From: an uncultured Alphaproteobacteria bacterium
GTDB lineage: Bacteria > Pseudomonadota > Alphaproteobacteria > HIMB59 > GCA-002718135
Length of the DNA: 64,000 bases
Assembly: GCA_902625365.1 (NCBI GenBank)
Contig: CACOAX010000001.1
Coordinates: 23,657 to 87,656 of the forward strand
Reading direction: 5' to 3'
A model generated the notes under the pieces. The model ran no database searches, was not told the origin of the DNA, and worked only from the letters and a program-made list of their open reading frames with translations. How positions within the stretch are numbered: the stretch's first letter is position 1; the number at the start of each line of letters is the position of its first letter. The position numbers and the translations under genes are program-made. Positions 39,704 to 47,744 of the stretch are shown here, in pieces.

Positions 39704-41083
39704 TTAGTCATTTTCTGCTGAGTCAGAACTTCCCATTGAACTTGCAAGTTCTTCCATAGCAGCTAATTGATCATTTGCTCTCGCAACTACTCCAAATTCA
39801 TCAACCATTAGTTTTTGAATTTTAATCATGTGAAGTTTAAATTCTCCCCAATCTTGAGCTTGATCTTTAATGAAGTTACCATTTGAATCAACGCCTACAA
39901 CTTGAGAAGCATTTAATAGAACTGGTCCAAAACCCATCATTCTATTCATCTTTTCTGCGGTTTCACCAAGATCTTCTGGTCCACATTGAAGTGCTAAAGC
40001 AAAGCCCTTAAGCTCTCCCCAATGTTTTGCATATTTTCTAAATGCATCTGTAGTATCACCATTTGCTTCCATAATTGTTTCAAGAGCCACAATGTCCTTA
40101 TATGTAGAACCAGCATACTTGAACACAGACTCAGCAATAACTTTTTGCCAATTGTCTCTGATAGTATCTCTAGCTGCTAACATATCTGTTCTTTCAGCAA
40201 AGTTAAGGTTTCTTCCACCAGCATCTCTGATTACCTTTCTTCCATCAATAAATGCTTGGTTAACAGTAGCTAAGTAATTAGTCTTACCACCTTTGTCATA
40301 ACTTGATGCATAGTAAGCATGTGCGTATAACATCTCAGAATATAAATCTACAACACCATCACCATTATAATCAGCAGCAGCTAAATCTTTCATTTTAGCA
40401 ACATTGTAGTTTTGTTCTGCTGTTAGAGTTAATGAGTGAGCTGGTGCACCCCAATAACCAAAGGCTTCATCCCAACTGTGTTCTTTACCAGTATAATATG
40501 CACCTTCTTTGTATGGTTTACGATTTTCTTTTTGACCAATTTCCATTTTTTTACCAAGATAATTGTTTACACCTTGGTTATAAAAAACAGCACCCATTGC
40601 AAACTTAGATATTAATTGAGTGTAATCAAATCCAGTTGCTGGATCAAAATCACCGCCAATCTCACTAGCTTTCTGCATCATATGCTCAAGAGCTTCTGGT
40701 CCAGATAGTCCACCCCAGCCTGGAATAGCACCTTTGTACATTTTACCAGATAAGTTTCCGCTACCTATTTCTGAAACCATGGTTTGCATTACTGGAAAAC
40801 CATCTTTTGATTTTGGAGCGATAATCTCTAAACCATCTTCTCCATTATAGTAAGCCATCATCTTATCAAGATCACCAGTTTTAACAAGTTTCTTCAAACT
40901 ATCGTGTAAAACTTGTCTAGCCATTTGACCTGTATATTTTACTGAATTTGTTTCATCGCCATCATAACCTTTTAACGTAATTGGATATGGACCATAAATT
41001 TCTGGGCCATGACCATCTGCAAAAGATTTAGAAAAACTAAATGATAAAACTAATGCAGTAGCAATCAGTAATATTTTTTTCAT
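39704..41083 (-). CDS. Exported DUF4856-like (imelysin-related) protein
   Basis: Signal peptide; YTQLISKFAMGAVFYNQ, EHSWDEAFGYWG, HWGELKGF; strong RBS; first gene of the Fe operon. Confidence 0.75.
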   Translation of the reverse strand: MKKILLIATALVLSFSFSKSFADGHGPEIYGPYPITLKGYDGDETNSVKYTGQMARQVLHDSLKKLVKTGDLDKMMAYYNGEDGLEIIAPKSKDGFPVMQTMVSEIGSGNLSGKMYKGAIPGWGGLSGPEALEHMMQKASEIGGDFDPATGFDYTQLISKFAMGAVFYNQGVNNYLGKKMEIGQKENRKPYKEGAYYTGKEHSWDEAFGYWGAPAHSLTLTAEQNYNVAKMKDLAAADYNGDGVVDLYSEMLYAHAYYASSYDKGGKTNYLATVNQAFIDGRKVIRDAGGRNLNFAERTDMLAARDTIRDNWQKVIAESVFKYAGSTYKDIVALETIMEANGDTTDAFRKYAKHWGELKGFALALQCGPEDLGETAEKMNRMMGFGPVLLNASQVVGVDSNGNFIKDQAQDWGEFKLHMIKIQKLMVDEFGVVARANDQLAAMEELASSMGSSDSAEND

Positions 41084-41107
41084 ATTTCTTTTCCTTAATT
41101 GTAAAAT

Positions 41108-41208
41108 TTCTTAGTTTATGGTTGTGGAGATAAGTGAAAACCTGTGAGGTTAAGATGCGCCTTTACCCTTTAAAAAGATTGCTTATCTCCACGTCCTATT
41201 ACTAAGGA
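41108..41208. ncRNA. Unassigned structured RNA element upstream of the DUF4856 gene
   Basis: 11-bp perfect stem 41124-41134/41182-41192, outer stem CTTAGT/ACTAAG, inner hairpin AACCT-GTG-AGGTT; GC-richer than its flanks. Confidence 0.5.
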
Positions 41209-41288
41209 TCTGATATGCTTTTATATTAATTAAAAATCGTTTTTTTTTTATTTAAAAAATGATGTTATTTTGGGAAAAAATAAGCTTT

Positions 41289-41305
41289 TTTAGAGTTATT
41301 CTAAT
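41289..41305. promoter_or_regulatory. Irr-binding ICE-like box 1
   Basis: TTTAGAG-TTA-TTCTAAT versus the consensus TTTAGAA-N3-TTCTAAA. Confidence 0.65.
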
Positions 41306-41470
41306 TTAAAGAAAATTTTAGTAGGTGGTTAATAATCGTAATATTAAATGTGAGTTATAATGTTAAAAAAACTAACCACCATGGAACGGAAGTAGACTTG
41401 TACATAGATAAAAATGAACTTTTTTGTAAAAAAAAATTATTTCTACAGCAAGAAACATTAATTAGAGTAT

Positions 41471-41487
41471 TTTAGAACTATTCTAAT
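41471..41487. promoter_or_regulatory. Irr-binding ICE box 2
   Basis: TTTAGAA-CTA-TTCTAAT, one mismatch to the ICE consensus. Confidence 0.72.
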
Positions 41488-41497
41488 TAAAAGAAAT

Positions 41498-42085
41498 TTA
41501 AATAATTAAATAGAATCCAAAAACAGCACAGCATAGTCCGAGGATTCTTAAAACTGTATTTAAAAAATAACTTTTAATCAACACCAATCCAATACCTACT
41601 CCAAATAAGTGTAGAACTGCTGTACCTGATGAAAAACCTAGAGCAAACAATATTGGATTAGCTGCCCAGGGCATTTCAATACCGTGAGCTAATCCATGAA
41701 AGGAACCAAAAAATATAACAGCTATCATTATTATAATTGTTGGTAATTTTTTTTCTATCGCAACCGATAAGCCTAAAAAAATTACTGAAAAAATTATTCC
41801 CCACTCAATAATATTAGACAGAGTAATGGCTAGTATTTCTATAAATAAACCTGCCGCTCCACCTATAATCATAAATAGAACAAACAAGGAGGGAACTGTC
41901 CATATGGCTCTTCCACCAATTTGTGAACTGACAACTCCAACACATACCATTGCCAAAAAATGGTCTAAACCTAAAACAGGATGTGAGAGACCGTCATAGA
42001 AACCATTCATTCCTGTAAAGGTATGGGCGTAAAGAGGTTTAAAAATTAGAAGAGTGCTTATTAAAAAAATGATTCTGAGAAACAT
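41498..42085 (-). CDS. HupE/UreJ family Ni/Co transporter
   Basis: Signal peptide then His; GLSHPVLGLDHFLAM, FHGLAHGIEMP. Confidence 0.93.
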   Translation of the reverse strand: MFLRIIFLISTLLIFKPLYAHTFTGMNGFYDGLSHPVLGLDHFLAMVCVGVVSSQIGGRAIWTVPSLFVLFMIIGGAAGLFIEILAITLSNIIEWGIIFSVIFLGLSVAIEKKLPTIIIMIAVIFFGSFHGLAHGIEMPWAANPILFALGFSSGTAVLHLFGVGIGLVLIKSYFLNTVLRILGLCCAVFGFYLII

Positions 42086-42092
42086 AATAAAA

Positions 42093-42767
42093 TTATGTTT
42101 TCCTTTTAAAAAATATTATTTTTATTAAAAAATAAATGATTGTTATTAAAACTAAAAGAGCAATATGAGGAATATAAGCACGAATATCAAATTTTTGCCA
42201 GTGCACGATATCCATGAATGGGCCAATATAAAGAATAATAGGTGTCCAAGTTAATATTTGTTCCCATAAATTAGATCCAAAAAATTCTGCCTCACCAACT
42301 GCTAGTGAATAATGTCCAGTGTTATCGTCATTAAATACTTTTATATAATAGGTGCCAGCTTCAATCATAAAACTTGTTTTAAATTCTTGGTTTCTTTCGG
42401 TTCCTATTTCAGGACCTTTCCAATACCAATCTCTTGCATAGGGCTCGTACCATGCATTCCAATCAAAATCCTTACCTTGTGCGCTATAAATGACTTCTTT
42501 ATTTTCATTTAAAACTTCAAGGGATAACCATTTATAAGTATCATTTACTTTTGGACTTAAGATACCTGTGTAAAATAAAAATTCACTATCACTTTCTATT
42601 TTATAATAATGTGGCTCTCCTTCTAACTTAGAATAATAAGCTTTTGAAATTTCTGGGTATACTACTTCATGTGGGTTATCAAAAGATGGTGAGTAATTTA
42701 TTAATTTAGGTTGATGGGCAAAAATTGATAAAGGATAAAATACTAAAAGAAAAATTAATATTTTCAT
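42093..42767 (-). CDS. Hypothetical exported, membrane-anchored protein
   Basis: Signal peptide ending AHQP; ISKAYY, GHYSLAVGEAE; C-terminal TM. Confidence 0.75.
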   Translation of the reverse strand: MKILIFLLVFYPLSIFAHQPKLINYSPSFDNPHEVVYPEISKAYYSKLEGEPHYYKIESDSEFLFYTGILSPKVNDTYKWLSLEVLNENKEVIYSAQGKDFDWNAWYEPYARDWYWKGPEIGTERNQEFKTSFMIEAGTYYIKVFNDDNTGHYSLAVGEAEFFGSNLWEQILTWTPIILYIGPFMDIVHWQKFDIRAYIPHIALLVLITIIYFLIKIIFFKRKT

Positions 42768-42814
42768 AATTACTTATAAAAATTAAATTATACTTTTCAA
42801 TAATTGTAAAGTTT

Positions 42815-42832
42815 GGGGCCACTTTGGGCCCC
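42815..42832 (-). terminator. GC-rich hairpin downstream of hsp20
   Basis: GGGGCC-ACTTTG-GGCCCC; weak U-tract. Confidence 0.55.
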
Positions 42833-42840
42833 TATCCAAA

Positions 42841-43278
42841 CTACTTTATTGAGATTAATCTAGCTTTTTTTTCTTCTGGGATAATTCTTTCAAGATCAAT
42901 TGCTAAAAGTCCATTTTTCAATTCAGCATCTTTAACTTTAATATCTTCTGAAATTGTGAACGATCTTTCAAATTGTCTTGTTGAGATTCCTTTATGGATT
43001 ACACCATTGCCATTTTCATTAACCACTTTTTCTTTAGGTTTATTTCTAACAGTTAGGTTGTTTTCTTTTAATTCAATCTCAATATCTTCTTTACTATATC
43101 CAGCAAGAGCAACTTCAATTTTATAGTTATGCTCATCGACTCTATGAATATTGTAAGGTGGATAATTTGTATTGTATCGTTCCGTAGACTCCAACATTCT
43201 ATCAAATTCATCAAAAATTGAGTCAAATCCAACAGAGAATGGTCTTAGAGAATTCCAAACGGATAGGTTTCTAGTCAT
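42841..43278 (-). CDS. ibpA: Small heat shock protein Hsp20/IbpA
   Basis: NYPPYNI, VALAGY, HKGISTRQFERSF, NGLLAIDL, PEEKK; ATG 43278 follows AAAGGAG. Confidence 0.95.
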   Translation of the reverse strand: MTRNLSVWNSLRPFSVGFDSIFDEFDRMLESTERYNTNYPPYNIHRVDEHNYKIEVALAGYSKEDIEIELKENNLTVRNKPKEKVVNENGNGVIHKGISTRQFERSFTISEDIKVKDAELKNGLLAIDLERIIPEEKKARLISIK

Positions 43279-43336
43279 AATAACTCCTTTATTAAGCAAG
43301 TTTATTTTGTCCGCACCCACAATGGCATACAGACAA
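43279..43336 (-). promoter_or_regulatory. ROSE-like RNA thermometer in the hsp20 5' UTR
   Basis: 5' hairpin TTGTCTGTA...TGCGGACAA, then CTTGCTT-aata-AAGGAG: UUGCU pairs with the SD leaving a bulged G. Confidence 0.75.
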
Positions 43337-43340
43337 TTAT

Positions 43341-43369
43341 AATGTGGGTATGATTGTATTTAATTCAAG
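43341..43369 (-). promoter_or_regulatory. RpoH (sigma32)-type promoter of hsp20
   Basis: CTTGAA-N15-CCCACATT. Confidence 0.65.
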
Positions 43370-43375
43370 TCTTTG

Positions 43376-44032
43376 TTATTTTTTTCTTATAAACGATAAT
43401 CCATCAGATAATGGCAGAAGAGAGAATTCCACTCTTGTGTCATTTTGTATTTTTAAATTTAAGTCACGGATAGTTTTTGTTTGAGAGTCTTGTTTAGTTT
43501 CGTCAGCAACATCACCGTGCCAAAGCATATTATCAATAATTATTATTCCATTCGAAACTAATAGGTTTAGTGATAGTTCGTAATAATTTGGATAATTATT
43601 TTTATCAGCATCTATAAAAATTAAATCATAACTCTGTTGACGGTCTATCATGCTTTGCATTACATCAACACCATCTCCAATAATCGATTCAATTTTTAAG
43701 CTCACATTATCTAATTCCCAATATTTTTTTGCTAAGGGTAAAAATTCATCTGAATTATCAACAGTTACAATTTTTCCTGATTCAGGTAGACCTCTAGCCA
43801 AAAACAAAGTGCTCATCCCTGTAAACCTTCCAATCTCTAAACAGTTATTGGCATTGGAAATTTTAGTTATCATTTCTAAAAACTGACCTTGTTCTTTTGC
43901 AATCTGCATTTGGGAAACACTACCAAGTTTTAAAGTTTCGTTTTCTAATTCATTAATTATTTTATCTTCTCGGTAACCTACGCTTTGTAAATATTGCACA
44001 AGTGCTTCATTAATTTCAGTTTGGGTGCTCAC
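43376..44032 (-). CDS. Class I SAM-dependent O-methyltransferase (CCoAOMT-like)
   Basis: MQIAKEQGQF, LEIGRFTGMS, FIDADK, IDNMLWHG. Confidence 0.92.
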   Translation of the reverse strand: MSTQTEINEALVQYLQSVGYREDKIINELENETLKLGSVSQMQIAKEQGQFLEMITKISNANNCLEIGRFTGMSTLFLARGLPESGKIVTVDNSDEFLPLAKKYWELDNVSLKIESIIGDGVDVMQSMIDRQQSYDLIFIDADKNNYPNYYELSLNLLVSNGIIIIDNMLWHGDVADETKQDSQTKTIRDLNLKIQNDTRVEFSLLPLSDGLSFIRKK

Positions 44033-45342
44033 TAATTTATGGTTTCAAATATTTCAGATAGTTTTTGAGTTTTTTTATCTGAAATAATGAAACAGCCTTT
44101 TATTTTATTTATTAAATTATCATCTATATTTTTACTTGAGTATAAACTTAACAGAGGAGTTGAGGAATTTATTTCATCACCTATATTGGAAACATTATCA
44201 TATCCAACTCCATAATCTATCTGATCAGTTACCTGTTTTCTTCCTCCTCCAAGTTCAATAAGTATAAGGCCTAATTCTCTGGTATGAATTTTTTCTATCC
44301 ACCCTTGTTCACTAGAAAATACATCTTTTCGAACGGAGGTATTTATTAAATCTTTTTCAAAAGATGATAAAATATTTTTTGGTCCACCCAAGGCTGCAAC
44401 CATCATTTCAAATTTTTCTGCAGCTAGTCCATTATTAATAACCGTATTAATTTTATTATATGCTTCTTCTTTAGAAATTTTATAAATGTTTACTAATAGC
44501 GAAGATATTAATTCATTAGTGATTTTCTCTAATCGATAATCTTTAAAATCATTTTTAATATATTTTATACATTCTAATATCTCTAGCGTATGACCAGCAC
44601 TCTTACCTAAGACTTGATTCATATCTGTTAATATAGCTTCACAATGTAAACCAGCTCCTTTAGCCACTCTTACTAAGGAGTTGGATAAATCTCTTGCTAT
44701 ATCAATAGTGCTATTAAAAGATCCATTACCAACTTTTACATCAAGTACCAAAGATGAAAGACCGCTTGCAATTTTTTTTGAAAGAATAGATGATGTTATT
44801 AAGGGTAAAGATTCTACTGTACCTACAACATCTCTTATGGAATATAATTTTTTATCAGCTGGTGCTAAGTTAGAGGTTTGGCCAATAATTGCACAACCTA
44901 CGTCTTTTACTACTTTTTTAAAAGTCTCTAAATCAGGCTTTGTATTGTACCCAGGTATTGAATCAAATTTATCTAGTGTGCCACCCGTATGACCCAAACC
45001 TCTACCTGAAATCATTGGTACATACAGTCCACATGCTGCAAGTATTGGTGCTAAAATAACGCTCGTCTTATCTCCAACACCACCGGTTGAGTGCTTATCA
45101 CAAACCAGCTCAGAATCTACAATCTCAGACCAATTTAGTGTATCACCTGAGTTCGTCATCGCCTCAGTTAAACAAACAGTTTCTTCAGGTGTCATTCCAT
45201 TTGCGAATATTGCCATGCTCATTGCTGCAATTTGTGCATCTGAAAAAGATCCATTGGTTAAACCGTCTACAAAAAAATTTATGTCTTCTTTTGACAGATC
45301 TTGGCTGTCTCTTTTTTTTCTAATTATCTCTTGAGGTATCAT
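44032..45342 (-). CDS. deoA: Thymidine phosphorylase
   Basis: DKHSTGGVGDK, SGRGLGHTGGT, SILSKK, LDVKVGNG. Confidence 0.95.
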   Translation of the reverse strand: MIPQEIIRKKRDSQDLSKEDINFFVDGLTNGSFSDAQIAAMSMAIFANGMTPEETVCLTEAMTNSGDTLNWSEIVDSELVCDKHSTGGVGDKTSVILAPILAACGLYVPMISGRGLGHTGGTLDKFDSIPGYNTKPDLETFKKVVKDVGCAIIGQTSNLAPADKKLYSIRDVVGTVESLPLITSSILSKKIASGLSSLVLDVKVGNGSFNSTIDIARDLSNSLVRVAKGAGLHCEAILTDMNQVLGKSAGHTLEILECIKYIKNDFKDYRLEKITNELISSLLVNIYKISKEEAYNKINTVINNGLAAEKFEMMVAALGGPKNILSSFEKDLINTSVRKDVFSSEQGWIEKIHTRELGLILIELGGGRKQVTDQIDYGVGYDNVSNIGDEINSSTPLLSLYSSKNIDDNLINKIKGCFIISDKKTQKLSEIFETIN

Positions 45343-46150
45343 CGAATTGAACTTCTTGTATAAATTGTTTAATTAAATTTAAAACATTGTTCTCTGCTAA
45401 ACTTGCATTCTCTAAAGTTTCTTGATGACTTAATTTTGTTTTATTCATACCAGCAGCTAGGTTGGTAATTACACTGATACCAATAACAGGAAGTCCACAA
45501 TGATTAGCAACTAAAACTTCTGGTACTGTAGACATTCCAACAGCATTTCCACCTATTACTTTTAAGGCATTGATTTCAGCAGGTGTTTCAAAATTTGGTC
45601 CTGAGTACATACAATAAATACCTTCATAAATTTTTTGATCTATTTTTTTTGCGACTTGTATTAGCTGATCTCTATAAAACTTATGATACCCATCACTCAT
45701 ATCATGAAAGCGGGGACCATACTCTTCAGCATTGGGTCCAATAAGTGGATTGAAGCCACTCCAGTTAATATGATCTTTAATTGCCATTAGACTACCAGCC
45801 GGCATAGCTTCATCTAAACTACCTGCTGCATTTGTAACAATTAATAACTTACAGCCAATGTCTTTTAAAACTCTTATAGGTAAAGCTAAGCTTTGAGGAT
45901 TGTGTCCTTCATAAATATGGGATCTTCCATACATACAAACTACATTTAAAGTATTTATTTTTCCTAAAACTAATTTACCTGCATGACCTTTGACAGTTGG
46001 TTGTGGAAAATCAGATAACTGTTCATATGAAATTGATTCTTGAATATCTTTTTCTTCAAAAAAATTAGTGAGTCCACTTCCTAAAATTACAGCAATATCA
46101 GGTGAAGTATTATTTGTTATTTCTAAAAATTTTTTGGCCGAAGGTAACAT
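45320..46150 (-). CDS. punA: Purine-nucleoside phosphorylase (trimeric type)
   Basis: ILGSGL, GRSHIYEG, TNAAG, GPNFETPAE, VGMSTVPE. Confidence 0.94.
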   Translation of the reverse strand: MLPSAKKFLEITNNTSPDIAVILGSGLTNFFEEKDIQESISYEQLSDFPQPTVKGHAGKLVLGKINTLNVVCMYGRSHIYEGHNPQSLALPIRVLKDIGCKLLIVTNAAGSLDEAMPAGSLMAIKDHINWSGFNPLIGPNAEEYGPRFHDMSDGYHKFYRDQLIQVAKKIDQKIYEGIYCMYSGPNFETPAEINALKVIGGNAVGMSTVPEVLVANHCGLPVIGISVITNLAAGMNKTKLSHQETLENASLAENNVLNLIKQFIQEVQFDDTSRDN

Positions 46151-46566
46151 TAAAGATTCTCTGGGCCAAAAGAGTCTGGAAGTAATTCTTCGAGCGTAGA
46201 TGTTTTCATATGACCATTTTCGTTACACATATGAATCTTAGTATCTAAAGAAGCAAATTCTCTTAACCTCTGTCTACAACCACCACAAGGTGAGCATAAT
46301 AATTCACCTGAACCTATAACTACAACTTCTAAAATTTTTTTATTTCCATTAGATATCATATTTCCAATTGCTGTTGCTTCGGCACACTGGGATTGGGGAT
46401 AAGCTGCATTTTCAACATTACAACCAGTAATAATTTTATTATCTTCTGTTAAAAAAGCTGCTCCTACTTTAAAATTTGAATAAGGCACATGAGCTTGCTC
46501 TCTAACTTTTTTTGCAGCCTTAAATAAAGTATCAAAATTTTCCGAAACCATATTCTTGTTTAACAT
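46150..46566 (-). CDS. cdd: Cytidine deaminase
   Basis: PYSNFKVGAA, NVENAAY, CAE, PCGGCRQ. Confidence 0.96.
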   Translation of the reverse strand: MLNKNMVSENFDTLFKAAKKVREQAHVPYSNFKVGAAFLTEDNKIITGCNVENAAYPQSQCAEATAIGNMISNGNKKILEVVVIGSGELLCSPCGGCRQRLREFASLDTKIHMCNENGHMKTSTLEELLPDSFGPENL

Positions 46567-46592
46567 GAAATTACTAAAAAAATTATTTATTT

Positions 46593-47744
46593 CTAAATCT
46601 TAAACAATTCTTGAGACAAATCAGGAAGTGCATCTCCCCAAAAAACTTCTTTACGTAAAAATTCTGGATCTTGGTTAAAACAAACAGACATTGCAGAATT
46701 ATAAACAGCCCTTGAGTCAATAGTCGAATTTAGATCTCTTCCTTCAAATAATTCTTTCTTTTTTAACCCAGGCCAATCTGTATAAACTTGAGATTTTTTT
46801 AGCAAGCCTCCAGCCATTAGTATTGCACTTCCATATCCGTGCTCAGTTCCATAGCCTCCATTTTGTTTTATAGTTCTACCAAATTCAGTCAGTGTTAGAA
46901 TAAGTGTATTATCAAAAGCTTGGCCAAGATTTTCATGTAAAATGGTAACAATCTTATTTACTTCTTCTAGTTCATCGGCGTGCGCCCCATCAACGCCTCC
47001 TTGAGCAGCATGGGTATCAAAACCATCTAAATCAAATACAGCAACTCGAGGACCACTTTGATCTTGTAATTGTTTAGCAGCTTCAAGAGCAAGTTTTTTT
47101 CTATCATCAGAGTCAGTAGCTATTTGCATAGACAATGGTCTTTGTCTAATTGTATCAAGTGTAGATTTAATAAGCTCGTTATGTTCACCTTTAAATTCAT
47201 TATAAATTTGATCTATTAACTTTGTTTCAACAAAATCTGGTGATGGGAAAAAGTTATTATTCTGTGGTACACCTCTTAATAAAAGTGGCATTGGTAAAGA
47301 TATTGCCAGACCTTTTCCTATAATATTTGATGCTAATAACCCCCTACCAAGCCATCCTGTTTTTTCTTTGTATGGAATGTGTGCTCCAGTTTCCATTAGA
47401 TTTTGTCCATCAAAATGTGATCTGCCTGTGTAAGGTATATTTGTTGCATGAACAAATGCCGCTTGATTTTTTTGCCAAAGTTTATGAAAAATTTCTAATT
47501 TAGGGTGAAGACCAAAGTCACTGTTCAAATTAAGAACGTCTTCCAGAATGAGTTTTTTTCTCAATTTTTTGAGACGTTTATCTCCAATAACTGGAACAGC
47601 AGTTAAACCATCCATTCCTCCACGAAGTGATATAATAATTAGATTTTTTTTCTGCATTGAAGCAAAACTTATTTTTGGAAAATATCCAGAAAGAAACAAT
47701 GTTGTTGATCCTCCAATTAAAAAATTTCTTCTGGTACAATTCAT
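46593..47744 (-). CDS. DUF1501 domain protein (Tat substrate)
   Basis: RRNFL, LRGGMDGL, RSHFDGQ, GFDTH, TEFGRT, GTEHG. Confidence 0.9.
   Translation of the reverse strand: MNCTRRNFLIGGSTTLFLSGYFPKISFASMQKKNLIIISLRGGMDGLTAVPVIGDKRLKKLRKKLILEDVLNLNSDFGLHPKLEIFHKLWQKNQAAFVHATNIPYTGRSHFDGQNLMETGAHIPYKEKTGWLGRGLLASNIIGKGLAISLPMPLLLRGVPQNNNFFPSPDFVETKLIDQIYNEFKGEHNELIKSTLDTIRQRPLSMQIATDSDDRKKLALEAAKQLQDQSGPRVAVFDLDGFDTHAAQGGVDGAHADELEEVNKIVTILHENLGQAFDNTLILTLTEFGRTIKQNGGYGTEHGYGSAILMAGGLLKKSQVYTDWPGLKKKELFEGRDLNSTIDSRAVYNSAMSVCFNQDPEFLRKEVFWGDALPDLSQELFKI

Noticed and set aside
41130-41200. Glycine or cobalamin riboswitch assignment (minus strand AAGGCGCA...CCTCACAGG, AAAGGG)
   Set aside because: Only fragments resemble the consensus; GCCGAAG/CTCTCAGG and GGGAA/GCCACTG cores are missing, so it is kept as an unassigned RNA
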